From the IMG/VR virus record IMGVR_UViG_3300032277_000016, positions 1 to 41,395 of that record: 41,395 nucleotides of DNA; one strand, 5' to 3'. The translations under genes were made by a program, and so were the position numbers. The DNA comes from a virus (lineage: Duplodnaviria > Caudoviricetes). Under the pieces are notes generated by a model, which had not been told where the DNA came from, did no database searches, and was given only the letters and a program-made list of their open reading frames with translations. The first letter of the stretch is position 1, and the number at the start of each line of letters is the position of its first letter. Below are positions 28,283 to 36,717 of the stretch, one piece after another.

Positions 28283-29779
28283 TTACATCCCAAATATATC
28301 AGCCATTTCATCAAAGCCATATTCGAAGTCAGTAATATCGTTGTAGGGATCTTCCTCTTGCTGCCACTTGGCCATGTCTTGTTCGATTGTTGTCCCTCTG
28401 GATTCCCTCAAATCTTCCTTCCTTACTACTAACCTGTCTACAGTGCTTTGAAATTCGTAGCCTGATTCTTCGATAAAGTAACGTAAGTTGTCAATCGAAT
28501 GGTTCTTATCACGCTGATTAATATCCTTAAAGCCTATAATCTCAGAGATGGTTTGCACACACCTTTCTGAAATATTGAAGCATCTTGGGATACTCATAGC
28601 ATCTTTAAGCTTAGAAATATGAGTATGTAGCTTACCAGGCTGCGATCCTCCTCGGCTTTTATGCGTAGGAGTTAGCTTATGCCCAAAGCGCGTTAGCACC
28701 TCTACTTCATACCAGCTTGCCGCTTCATCGTAGATATCTGTCCACTTAAAATCCGGCAAGTCCGGCATAAGCTCTTTCTTCTTAGCTAGCGTTGCTTCCC
28801 ACATAGGAACAGCAGAGGTCTTGTAGCGATCAGTCTCGTAGATCTCATCGAGAATATAAATCTGCGATGTCTCTTTGTTGTACGCACAGAACAGTACACA
28901 GAAAACATCCTGACCTGGATCATGTATGGTATAGAATTCTACGTTATCTTTATCTGCCGCTTTCTTGAATTCTGAGATCATCACATCAAGAGGACGTGTA
29001 TGAAACTCTCGCCTAAACATTGGGAAGATTACACCGGCATCTCCGCGCACAGTTTTAACTTCGTATTCTTGATCCCACTTAGGTTTCTCACCCCGAGCGT
29101 AATAGCGAGCTTTCTCAGCCTTAAGCCACTCATGCCCACCGGGGAGCTTATCATTCTCCCATGATGTAAACTTATGGTATGCCCAAAGAGGAGAATCAAT
29201 CGCTTCCTGTTCCCAGTCAAAGTAATGGTGCTTCTCAGTCTCCTCTTCTCTAGGGGGTGTCCCAATTAATACAAGGACTCCATTCTTGGCTAAAAGATTT
29301 GGGTAAGCTTCATCAAAGTACTCTACAGATTGGTGCTTCGTTTCATCCATTATGCACATGTCATACTGACGACCAACGGCATCAGAGACATTGCGTGTGC
29401 CATCTACTTGAGTGAACGATCCCCAAGGAAACTTTAGAATCATTTTGGTGTCGCTAACGCTTAGGCCGAAGTTTGGCCCGAAGGATTGTAGGCGATCGTT
29501 AGCCCAGATAATCTTGCGCTCATGCTCAGCAGTTTTACCGATGATGAAACACTCGGCCATGTCGCACTCGATGCATGTTCGCCAACAAAGATAGTTAGCC
29601 AACTCATTCTTTCCAAACTTACGGCCTGCGCGAATGAAAACTCTTCTATAGCCATCGCGATAAATGGAACGGAGGATCTTTGCCTGGGATCTATGAGCTT
29701 GCCACTTCTGATGCAGCTTCTTTAAAGCTACTTTCTTTTTATTGGGGTTTAGGTGTATGGGAGCTTTATACTTCCTCAC
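28283..29779 (-). CDS. terL: Terminase large subunit
   Basis: Walker A AGRKFGKN, Walker B CIMDE, IGTP, nuclease HDPG and NHSIDNLRY. Confidence 0.95.
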   Translation of the reverse strand: MRKYKAPIHLNPNKKKVALKKLHQKWQAHRSQAKILRSIYRDGYRRVFIRAGRKFGKNELANYLCWRTCIECDMAECFIIGKTAEHERKIIWANDRLQSFGPNFGLSVSDTKMILKFPWGSFTQVDGTRNVSDAVGRQYDMCIMDETKHQSVEYFDEAYPNLLAKNGVLVLIGTPPREEETEKHHYFDWEQEAIDSPLWAYHKFTSWENDKLPGGHEWLKAEKARYYARGEKPKWDQEYEVKTVRGDAGVIFPMFRREFHTRPLDVMISEFKKAADKDNVEFYTIHDPGQDVFCVLFCAYNKETSQIYILDEIYETDRYKTSAVPMWEATLAKKKELMPDLPDFKWTDIYDEAASWYEVEVLTRFGHKLTPTHKSRGGSQPGKLHTHISKLKDAMSIPRCFNISERCVQTISEIIGFKDINQRDKNHSIDNLRYFIEESGYEFQSTVDRLVVRKEDLRESRGTTIEQDMAKWQQEEDPYNDITDFEYGFDEMADIFGM

Positions 29780-29997
29780 GTTACCTCATCCCCCACATAG
29801 ACCATTGAGCCGCCTATCAGCCCTATGCACCTATCCTTGGGGCACGCTTCTATGAAGCCAACTAGATCTTGCCTGGCTGCTTCTCGCGCATACCATAGGG
29901 CTTGCTTTGTAGACATTAAGATGTACTGAGGAGCTTCCTCGCTAGGAGCCTGCATCTCTTCAATAGCAGCTTCTAGCAGCTCAGCAGATATTTTCAT
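29776..29997 (-). CDS. Hypothetical protein
   Basis: ATGA/GTGA-coupled on both sides. Confidence 0.65.
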   Translation of the reverse strand: MKISAELLEAAIEEMQAPSEEAPQYILMSTKQALWYAREAARQDLVGFIEACPKDRCIGLIGGSMVYVGDEVT

Positions 29998-30518
29998 GTT
30001 ACCTCATCAAGGAGCTCGATCACCCCTGCCTGGCTGCGCCCATGATCCGAGCCAGCTTCCCCCGCATACTCATCGATAAACTCTTCATCATCCCCCGACA
30101 GATCCTCCTCTAACAAAGGCGATCCCGCCGCTTTATCAGGAAGGCGATGCTCCTGGATAACTTTCAGGGACTGCCCAACCTTGCCCATACGAGTAAGCAT
30201 ATTGATTAGGCGATCAGCATCATCCCAGCTATTGATTTGCTCTGAATCCCCAAGGAACTCTTCCAGCTTTCCGATAAGCTCATTTGTTACCTTGGAAAAA
30301 AGAAAGAGGTTGTTATGGATTAACCGATCAACCTCTTTCTCCTGAACTTGCGAGCGCAGGATTTGCCAGCTCTTTCTGCCTACAAAGACATACTCAGCCA
30401 GCACTTCCTTGGGAATGCCATACTCTTCTACGATAAGCTCAGGGCTCTTATCATAAAAGATGAACTCGCTTTTTGCCGCTTCTATAGCAGCTTTTCTGTC
30501 ATCGTCGTATAAACTCAG
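29994..30518 (-). CDS. terS: Putative terminase small subunit, probable CTG start
   Basis: The frame stays open 38 codons upstream of the ORF-track start, up to a CTG overlapping the upstream TGA. This adds an HTH-like PELIVEEYGIPKEVLAEYV..W segment. Acidic tail. Confidence 0.55.
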   Translation of the reverse strand: MSLYDDDRKAAIEAAKSEFIFYDKSPELIVEEYGIPKEVLAEYVFVGRKSWQILRSQVQEKEVDRLIHNNLFLFSKVTNELIGKLEEFLGDSEQINSWDDADRLINMLTRMGKVGQSLKVIQEHRLPDKAAGSPLLEEDLSGDDEEFIDEYAGEAGSDHGRSQAGVIELLDEVT

Positions 30519-30892
30519 AGCTCGTCATCCTCTAGGTCTACTTCATCATCTAGGCTCTCTACATCTGGAACCTCTTCAAAATCTTCCTCTACTGGAGTAT
30601 GCCCTGCTAGATCAGCAGAAAAGTCTAGCTCTACTTGATCAGCAGGCCCTTCCTCTGGAGCTGCCGCTTCTACAGCCTTGTTGTAAGCGAGCACTTGCAA
30701 AAGCGTTGCGTAGTCGCGCGCTTCCCAATCTCTAAAATATTGCCCTAGATACGGAGCGCCTTCTTGTAAGCGCAGTTTCGCAAGGTCTTCTATATCACTA
30801 AACCTCATCGTTTTACCGTGAGCTGCAAAGTCTCTAACTACTTTTGACAGGTACGCACGAATCTGATCTTCGCTCAGTGCTTTCTTGGCCAT
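30515..30892 (-). CDS. Hypothetical protein, first gene of the late operon
   Basis: AAGGA SD before ATG 30892, acidic C-terminus. Confidence 0.7.
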   Translation of the reverse strand: MAKKALSEDQIRAYLSKVVRDFAAHGKTMRFSDIEDLAKLRLQEGAPYLGQYFRDWEARDYATLLQVLAYNKAVEAAAPEEGPADQVELDFSADLAGHTPVEEDFEEVPDVESLDDEVDLEDDEL

Positions 30893-30905
30893 ATATTTCC
30901 TTTGT

Positions 30906-30938
30906 AAAAAGTTGCCGGTAGTGGTGGGTACCGGCAAC
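30906..30938 (-). terminator. Intrinsic terminator in the late-operon leader
   Basis: Perfect 10-bp stem GTTGCCGGTA/TACCGGCAAC, 8-nt loop, then TTTTT on the - strand. Confidence 0.75.
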
Positions 30939-31274
30939 AGACAGTAAGTATCATGAATAGTCTTATGAACAGTATTGGCATTAACACACTCTGTGTCTAG
31001 AAGAAAGTACTTTCGAGGTAGGGTATCTAAGTCGGTAGGTCACTTATGCTAGTAGGTATATACGGGGGAGGTAATACTAAGTGGTATATACTAGGTAGTA
31101 TGGTCTTTTTCTCGTACCCCAGAAAAAATACGGTTTTGACTCGCAACACCGACGCATTGAAAGGGGGTCAACTTCAAAAAATACAGATCCCGACACTTCC
31201 GTACAGATTATAACAGAGCAGTATCATAGCTGTGAAATTTAAAGATCATATCCTTATCTACTTTCTATATACTA

Positions 31275-31302
31275 AGTATATCATAATTAGCGCAGTTGTC
31301 AA
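31275..31302 (-). promoter_or_regulatory. Sigma70-type promoter facing the late operon
   Basis: TTGACA (31302-31297), 16 bp, TATACT (31280-31275). Confidence 0.55.
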
Positions 31303-31542
31303 CTTGTTGACTACTTTTCTTTACTTTTGTTGTCAACTTTCATTTTGATTATCAACCACGTGTAAACCGCACTACCCTAACAGCACTCCCCAGCATACTT
31401 TGACCTCTAAAACACCTTATATACTACTCAGTATACTTGTTACAACGTAACAAAGTCCACTCTCTAACCCCATAAACTGTTAGATCTCGTTCCCCGTACC
31501 CTAACTTACTTATTTGCCGGTGTTTTTCCCTAAACACGTTGT

Positions 31543-31573
31543 AAACCGTAGATCATTTTTGTCTAACAGTTTA
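31543..31573. repeat. 31-bp perfect inverted repeat, left arm
   Basis: AAACCGTAGATCATTTTTGTCTAACAGTTTA is the reverse complement of 31797-31827. Confidence 0.95.
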
Positions 31574-31583
31574 GACTACTCAG

Positions 31584-31625
31584 TATAGTATATATATATA
31601 TGATATTATTATATATATATATTTA
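31584..31625. repeat. (TA)n-rich tract
   Basis: TATAGTATATATATATATGATATTATTATATATATATATTTA. Confidence 0.85.
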
Positions 31626-31796
31626 TTGTATTCTTTTACTACCTATTTAATAAACTGTGGGTACCAATTCTCACTCTACCCCATCATTTTCATTAAAATA
31701 GGGTGTAAAAGGGTACTTTAGAGATTTCCCGGTCTACAGTTTATTTTTACCTACCTTCCAAAAATTTACTCAATCATACCGGCAACTTGCACGGAA

Positions 31797-31827
31797 TAAA
31801 CTGTTAGACAAAAATGATCTACGGTTT
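31797..31827. repeat. 31-bp perfect inverted repeat, right arm
   Basis: TAAACTGTTAGACAAAAATGATCTACGGTTT. Confidence 0.95.
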
Positions 31828-31873
31828 TCTACAGTTTAGCGTATTTTTGGCCCTATTTATTATGCTATTGTAG

Positions 31874-31902
31874 TTGTAATACTATACTACTTAGTATATA
31901 CT
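31874..31902 (+). promoter_or_regulatory. Sigma70-type early promoter
   Basis: TTGTAA, 17 bp, TATACT upstream of the AGGAG SD of 31939. Confidence 0.5.
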
Positions 31903-31938
31903 ATATAGTATAGACTGCTTAGTTAGGAGAACATAGCA

Positions 31939-32991
31939 ATGTACACAGGAAATATAGAAAGTAGACAACAATTGATATCTAAAGTGGTTGAGCAAGCTAA
32001 GTCTAAAAAAGACCATTTTGCTTACCTTAACACTGTACGAGTTAACTCTGAACTGGGACTATTCGGCTTCAAAGATGTATCAGGAGAAGCTAGGATCGTA
32101 TCCGTATCGGATAACGTAGTTAAGAATATTCAGTACCAAACCAAACTACCTAGTAGCGCTTGGAAGTGGTTTAAGAACAATAATCAGTCTGCTCATCTGG
32201 CTACTGCTCTAAATGATGTGTTAGCGGCTGAAGAGAAGAAAGTGCTCATCCGTACGTTTAACGGCGATATTAACGCAGGTAGAGCTATACTATCTACCCG
32301 GTATGCCCGATTAGACCACACGCTAGTTTTAAAGCACGTGCTACCGGTTCTGGATAAGCATAACTGTACTATCGAATCAGCTAACTTGGACGATGGATCA
32401 TTGTCGGTCAAAGTATCCTTGCCTGACTCGTACGAGATCCGTCCCAACGATGTAGTTAAGTCTGGTCGCACTATCACTAACAACGAAACCGGCAACGGCT
32501 CACTAGGACACGGATCATTCTCTGTACGCCTAGTGTGCACTAATGGAATGACAGTCACTGATACAGAGACATGGGCTAGTAAACGTCATAGCGGCAAGAA
32601 TGCAGAATACACATCTCAGCGCGAATTGGAAGCTAAGATCATAGACTTTGCTGAATCGTTAGACACTGCTTTTGATTCTACTGATCTGAGCTCCTACGTA
32701 CGCAAGCTGCAAGAAGCGTTAGAGGAGAAGATTCTTGGAACAGAGGCACAAGCAATCGAAGCGCTACAAGAAATGCTCGGATCAGACAAGCTAGGCGAAT
32801 CGGAAGCTATGAACGTTAAGAATCATTACCTAGCTGCCGGGGATAAGAACTATTTCGGCATTGTGCAAGCAATCACACGCACTGCTCAGGATGCGCATTC
32901 GTTTGGACGTGCATCAGAGCTAGAGCGCTTGGGATCTGTTGTTCTCGATTGGCCTGCCCGTAAGCGCGAAGCTGTCTTAATACCTGCATAG
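31939..32991 (+). CDS. DUF932-family protein
   Basis: RAILSTRY, ITNNETGNGSL, RLVCTNGM and H.G motifs, C-terminal QAITRTAQ...ELER. Confidence 0.85.
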   Translation: MYTGNIESRQQLISKVVEQAKSKKDHFAYLNTVRVNSELGLFGFKDVSGEARIVSVSDNVVKNIQYQTKLPSSAWKWFKNNNQSAHLATALNDVLAAEEKKVLIRTFNGDINAGRAILSTRYARLDHTLVLKHVLPVLDKHNCTIESANLDDGSLSVKVSLPDSYEIRPNDVVKSGRTITNNETGNGSLGHGSFSVRLVCTNGMTVTDTETWASKRHSGKNAEYTSQRELEAKIIDFAESLDTAFDSTDLSSYVRKLQEALEEKILGTEAQAIEALQEMLGSDKLGESEAMNVKNHYLAAGDKNYFGIVQAITRTAQDAHSFGRASELERLGSVVLDWPARKREAVLIPA

Positions 32992-33020
32992 TTTATATTT
33001 TTATATTTTGGAGAAGTAAC

Positions 33021-33560
33021 ATGGAATCATTTGAAGAACTATTAGCAATGTTCGAACCTGGATCAACTAAGCAAGATAATGTAGATCTTATGCCTATGAT
33101 AGTGGATGATCAGCCCGATCCCGTGCGTGTTGTAACAAGGCTAGCGGAAACCAATTCCGGCAATGTAGGTGTAGAGATATGCATTATAGATCCAGCGCGC
33201 GGATCTATTAAAGGTGATGAATACTTTGATCAGCCTACACTAGACTCGTTATCTGATAACTGGTTCGGCTGGAGCAATAGATCGCGCTGCTACAGAGCAA
33301 ATGCGCGTGAGAATACAATCGCATTAGCTAGAGCACTAGCAACAGAGGATCAGATCCCTAATCCTTTGCCTATCGGAGACTATACAGTACCTCCAGCTAT
33401 TGAGCAGGAGGATCCTAAGCCTAGTATGCCTAGCATAAATCCCGTGCTCGATAAGTACAGACTACAGTGTGATGAGCTTGCAAAGCACTGGAATTGTGGT
33501 TTAGCTGACCTAATGATCGCAGCTATTGACTATGCTCACGGTGAGTTAGTATCTAAGTAA
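33021..33560 (+). CDS. Hypothetical protein
   Basis: GGAG SD, 179 aa. Confidence 0.75.
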   Translation: MESFEELLAMFEPGSTKQDNVDLMPMIVDDQPDPVRVVTRLAETNSGNVGVEICIIDPARGSIKGDEYFDQPTLDSLSDNWFGWSNRSRCYRANARENTIALARALATEDQIPNPLPIGDYTVPPAIEQEDPKPSMPSINPVLDKYRLQCDELAKHWNCGLADLMIAAIDYAHGELVSK

Positions 33561-33577
33561 TACAAAATAGAATAATT

Positions 33578-33623
33578 GTTGACAACAAGTAGACAACGCG
33601 ATTAGTATTCGCGTTGTCTACTT
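33578..33623 (+). promoter_or_regulatory. Promoter (TTGACA-18-TAGTAT) overlapped by a 15-bp perfect inverted repeat
   Basis: AAGTAGACAACGCGA-N7-TCGCGTTGTCTACTT at 33587-33623, GTTGACAAC at 33578. Confidence 0.6.
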
Positions 33624-33646
33624 ATGACTATGTAAGGGGTATAAGT

Positions 33647-33901
33647 ATGTCAAAAAGTAGGGAACGATCGCGGGAATTGCTTAAGTACTTCCTAAGCTCG
33701 CTGTATGATTCGTGTGATCTACATTGGGGACAGTCTCAAGAGCATGACTTAGACTGCCTATTAGACGCGCTAGGCATGCCTGACCCTTTGCCGGTGTGCT
33801 GCTACTGCCACGATTATATCTATGGCCAAGCAGCATGTAATGATGACGATATTTTCCATGGATGGTGTGAGATAAATGCTAAGAAGACGGAAACAACCTA
33901 G
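33647..33901 (+). CDS. Hypothetical protein with possible Zn finger
   Basis: AAGGGG SD before ATG 33647. C.YC...H..C pattern. Confidence 0.65.
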   Translation: MSKSRERSRELLKYFLSSLYDSCDLHWGQSQEHDLDCLLDALGMPDPLPVCCYCHDYIYGQAACNDDDIFHGWCEINAKKTETT

Positions 33902-34142
33902 CTCGTATTATACAAGTGTAGCCAAGCGCGTACAATCAGACTATCACAAGTTTTATAGGACGACCGGCAAAGATCCTACACACCTATTTGCTAAGCCAAG
34001 CACGCTTGATAGCTTAGCGTCTGCGGGTGTCACTCGGTATTGTCCTAAGCATGATGTGATGATGTTCAGGGACTGCAAAGTGATCCCTGTAGATTCGTAC
34101 TATGATCATGATGATGTATTTGGATATAGGGATCAGACATGA
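33876..34142 (+). CDS. Hypothetical protein
   Basis: Overlaps neighbours in the operon. Confidence 0.6.
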   Translation: MLRRRKQPSSYYTSVAKRVQSDYHKFYRTTGKDPTHLFAKPSTLDSLASAGVTRYCPKHDVMMFRDCKVIPVDSYYDHDDVFGYRDQT

Positions 34143-34345
34143 AAATAGTAAGCCAGGATGCTAAGAAGACTATTAAAGACCTGCTGAAGTTTATCGATAA
34201 TAAGGACGTTAGCAGTGATAACCAGTACGCGTATCTGCTAGGCGTTATGACTACTACACTTAGCTTTCTACTTGAGTGTAATTATAACTTTATAGACTTA
34301 AACGACTTAGACTTAAACGATACTAAGAACGAAGAGGAAAAATAG
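34139..34345 (+). CDS. Hypothetical protein
   Basis: ATGA-coupled. Confidence 0.6.
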   Translation: MKIVSQDAKKTIKDLLKFIDNKDVSSDNQYAYLLGVMTTTLSFLLECNYNFIDLNDLDLNDTKNEEEK

Positions 34346-34346
34346 A

Positions 34347-34661
34347 ATGTCACTGAATATAAAATGCGCAGGCCCAAAATATATTGTGTGCGAACCAGCA
34401 GATCTTAAGATGGTAAGTCCTGAAGGGATCCACATGCCAGATATGCAGGCTATAGATATGGAAGGATCTGTTCCCATGCGCGGCAAGGTTGTAGGCGTAC
34501 CACCTGACTGTGCTGAGTGCATTGCAGTAGGTGATATCATTCACCATACCGGCCCTGCATTAATGTTTATGGATAACATGACCAACCGTAATGAGTATTA
34601 CGGCATCGAGTCCTACAAGGTACTATATGTTGAAGCACAAGAGAGTGCGATCGAGGAATAG
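34347..34661 (+). CDS. groES: Divergent GroES/Cpn10-like co-chaperonin
   Basis: 104 aa, SPEGIHMPD mobile-loop-like segment, GKVVGV, VGDII and a final VL strand. Confidence 0.68.
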   Translation: MSLNIKCAGPKYIVCEPADLKMVSPEGIHMPDMQAIDMEGSVPMRGKVVGVPPDCAECIAVGDIIHHTGPALMFMDNMTNRNEYYGIESYKVLYVEAQESAIEE

Positions 34662-34665
34662 TATA

Positions 34666-34977
34666 ATGGTAACTAAAATAAGTAATGAGCACTTTGATAA
34701 CCTGGCTCAGAGTTTAGCTGATGAAGGTAAACTAGTAGAAGCAGGCTGGGTGGCAATGTTTTCAACTACCCTTAAAGATGCTGATCCTGTGCAAATCGCA
34801 GAAATGCGTAAAGCTTACTTTGCCGGGGCTCAACACCTATTCTCCAGCATTATAGGATTAGTAGACGAGTCTGCTGGGCCTAGCGATCAGGATATACGTA
34901 GAATGGATTCTATAAGTGAGGAGTTGAAATATTGGGTAGAGGAAATCAGAGGGAGTGCTGCCCACAATGAGGCTTAA
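34666..34977 (+). CDS. Conserved phage protein of unknown function
   Basis: GAGG SD before ATG 34666. LVEAGW...EMRKAYFAGAQHLF pattern. Confidence 0.7.
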   Translation: MVTKISNEHFDNLAQSLADEGKLVEAGWVAMFSTTLKDADPVQIAEMRKAYFAGAQHLFSSIIGLVDESAGPSDQDIRRMDSISEELKYWVEEIRGSAAHNEA

Positions 34978-35995
34978 AGGATACAACATAGGGACATTCG
35001 GCCCATTGGATACACCTGTATATGTCAATGTAGCTAATCGTCTAGGCGCTAATCATGTACGCTACACTATTCCACGTGTAGATGCTCACGAGATCACAGG
35101 ATCAGAGTGGGAATACTGGATCGTACATGATCGGTTGCCTCTCCTTGATCATGTGCTAGATACAGCAGCAGAGATAGGCTACGTCGTAGCGATCATGCAA
35201 GGCCCTGGCGGTGATCCTATCCGAGAATTCCTGGGCCGAAAATGGCGCTATACAGCTGTGCTAGAAGACCCTAGCCTGCAAGCTATCCTGATAAACGTTT
35301 GGCGTCATATCGCTAGCAAGTATAAAGATGATCCTCGCGTTAAGGCTTATGATATTTTGAATGAGCCAATGGGAGCGCATAGAGAATGGAGAGCTCTAGC
35401 GCAGAAGCTGATCGATAACATTAGAGAAGTCGATCCATTCAAGCCAATCATTGTGCAGAGTGTTTACGGTAGTATGAAAAAGCTCCGCAAGTTCAAGAAG
35501 GGCTTGCGCGGTGCTAACATCATATACTCAGCTCACATGTACCATCCCTTACAGGTAACACATGAAGGTGTAGCGTCATTTGGTAAAGGTGTAGATGGAG
35601 GAAGTATCTACCCAATAGGGAATACCCCGTACCCCGGCAGATGGAAACAGAAGCACGTTAAAAAACACATGATGAAAGTTCGTAAGTGGTCTAAGCGTAA
35701 TAACCTGAAAATCTACATAGGTGAGTTTGGTGTATCGCGCTGGAGCGGTTACCCGCACAAAGAGAATCGGATCAACTGGATGAAAGATGTTTGGGATCTG
35801 CTGGATAAGTGGAACTGGCACTACGCAGTGATGGGTACTAGAGGCTGCTCTGTGTGGGAACCTGAATCGCCTTTCGCTTTACCTACTCCTATACAAGATA
35901 ACAGTAACCCGCATCCTTATGCTATCTGCGAGATACTACCGGAGTACCCTAGCACTACCTATTCACAATTATGTACTGAGAGAATGACTAGATGA
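34967..35995 (+). CDS. Glycoside hydrolase family 5 (cellulase-like TIM barrel)
   Basis: GANHVR, acid/base YDILNEP, YSAHMY, nucleophile IYIGEFG. No signal peptide. Confidence 0.9.
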   Translation: MRLKGYNIGTFGPLDTPVYVNVANRLGANHVRYTIPRVDAHEITGSEWEYWIVHDRLPLLDHVLDTAAEIGYVVAIMQGPGGDPIREFLGRKWRYTAVLEDPSLQAILINVWRHIASKYKDDPRVKAYDILNEPMGAHREWRALAQKLIDNIREVDPFKPIIVQSVYGSMKKLRKFKKGLRGANIIYSAHMYHPLQVTHEGVASFGKGVDGGSIYPIGNTPYPGRWKQKHVKKHMMKVRKWSKRNNLKIYIGEFGVSRWSGYPHKENRINWMKDVWDLLDKWNWHYAVMGTRGCSVWEPESPFALPTPIQDNSNPHPYAICEILPEYPSTTYSQLCTERMTR

Positions 35996-36267
35996 CAGAT
36001 GAGCTATCAAACAGGCAGAAGCAAAAAGCTTTAGAAGAAAGCTTAAAGAGAATACTTTCTAAGCGGTTAAAAAAGCTTAGAGGCCCTTTGAATAAGACTG
36101 AGTTTTCAGCACGTGCAGCTATGAGCCCGATGCAGTATGCTCAGTATGAAAACGGTAAGAGGCTCCCTAGCTTGCCGGTGCTCCTTAGATTAATCAAGAT
36201 GTCTAACTGTGCACCTGGCTACTTACTCGGCCTAAAAGGTGACTATGACGTTTCAGGAAGCAATTAA
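35992..36267 (+). CDS. XRE-family HTH regulator
   Basis: RLKKLR...EFS....MS...YAQYENGKRLPSL..L......YLLG. Confidence 0.88.
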   Translation: MTDELSNRQKQKALEESLKRILSKRLKKLRGPLNKTEFSARAAMSPMQYAQYENGKRLPSLPVLLRLIKMSNCAPGYLLGLKGDYDVSGSN

Positions 36268-36487
36268 CTTATTTGGGGATACAGTAGTTATCTACAATAG
36301 CGTGTGTCCTACTACAGGGGAGATGTCTTTCTGCTTTGCCCATGCTGAGGGATTCTTTGCTGATGAAATAGACTGGGACTTAGAACTCAATAACCCTATA
36401 AACGAGGATAGAGTTTTTATAGACTCCGATGGAGATAGGCAGATCCTGTGCTACTTAGCTGGGGATGTCGTTAACCACGTATGCTGA
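36245..36487 (+). CDS. Hypothetical protein
   Basis: AAGGTG SD, fills the space between neighbours. Confidence 0.6.
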   Translation: MTFQEAINLFGDTVVIYNSVCPTTGEMSFCFAHAEGFFADEIDWDLELNNPINEDRVFIDSDGDRQILCYLAGDVVNHVC

Positions 36488-36717
36488 AGAAAAGCACAAA
36501 GAGAACTAAAACTATTGCACTTAAATTCAACACCGATGAGCATAATAGATTACTGCAAGCAGTAGAGATAGCTAATACCCGCCTAGGATCTCAGTTAACT
36601 AAGCCTGCGTTTATACGTGCTCTACTGATGAGAAGCTGCGACAAAATAATCAAGCGCGCACTACGGGAAGAGGATTACATAGACTTCTTAGAAGACGTTA
36701 CAAATAAGCTCTACTAA
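36481..36717 (+). CDS. Putative ribbon-helix-helix-like DNA-binding protein
   Basis: Basic N-terminus, TIALKF beta-strand, helix, TKPAFIRALL helix. Confidence 0.55.
   Translation: MLKKSTKRTKTIALKFNTDEHNRLLQAVEIANTRLGSQLTKPAFIRALLMRSCDKIIKRALREEDYIDFLEDVTNKLY

Noticed and set aside
31543-31827. MITE/IS ends or a protelomerase target
   Set aside because: No target-site duplication, transposase or protelomerase was seen, and the arms are 223 bp apart rather than a contiguous palindrome.
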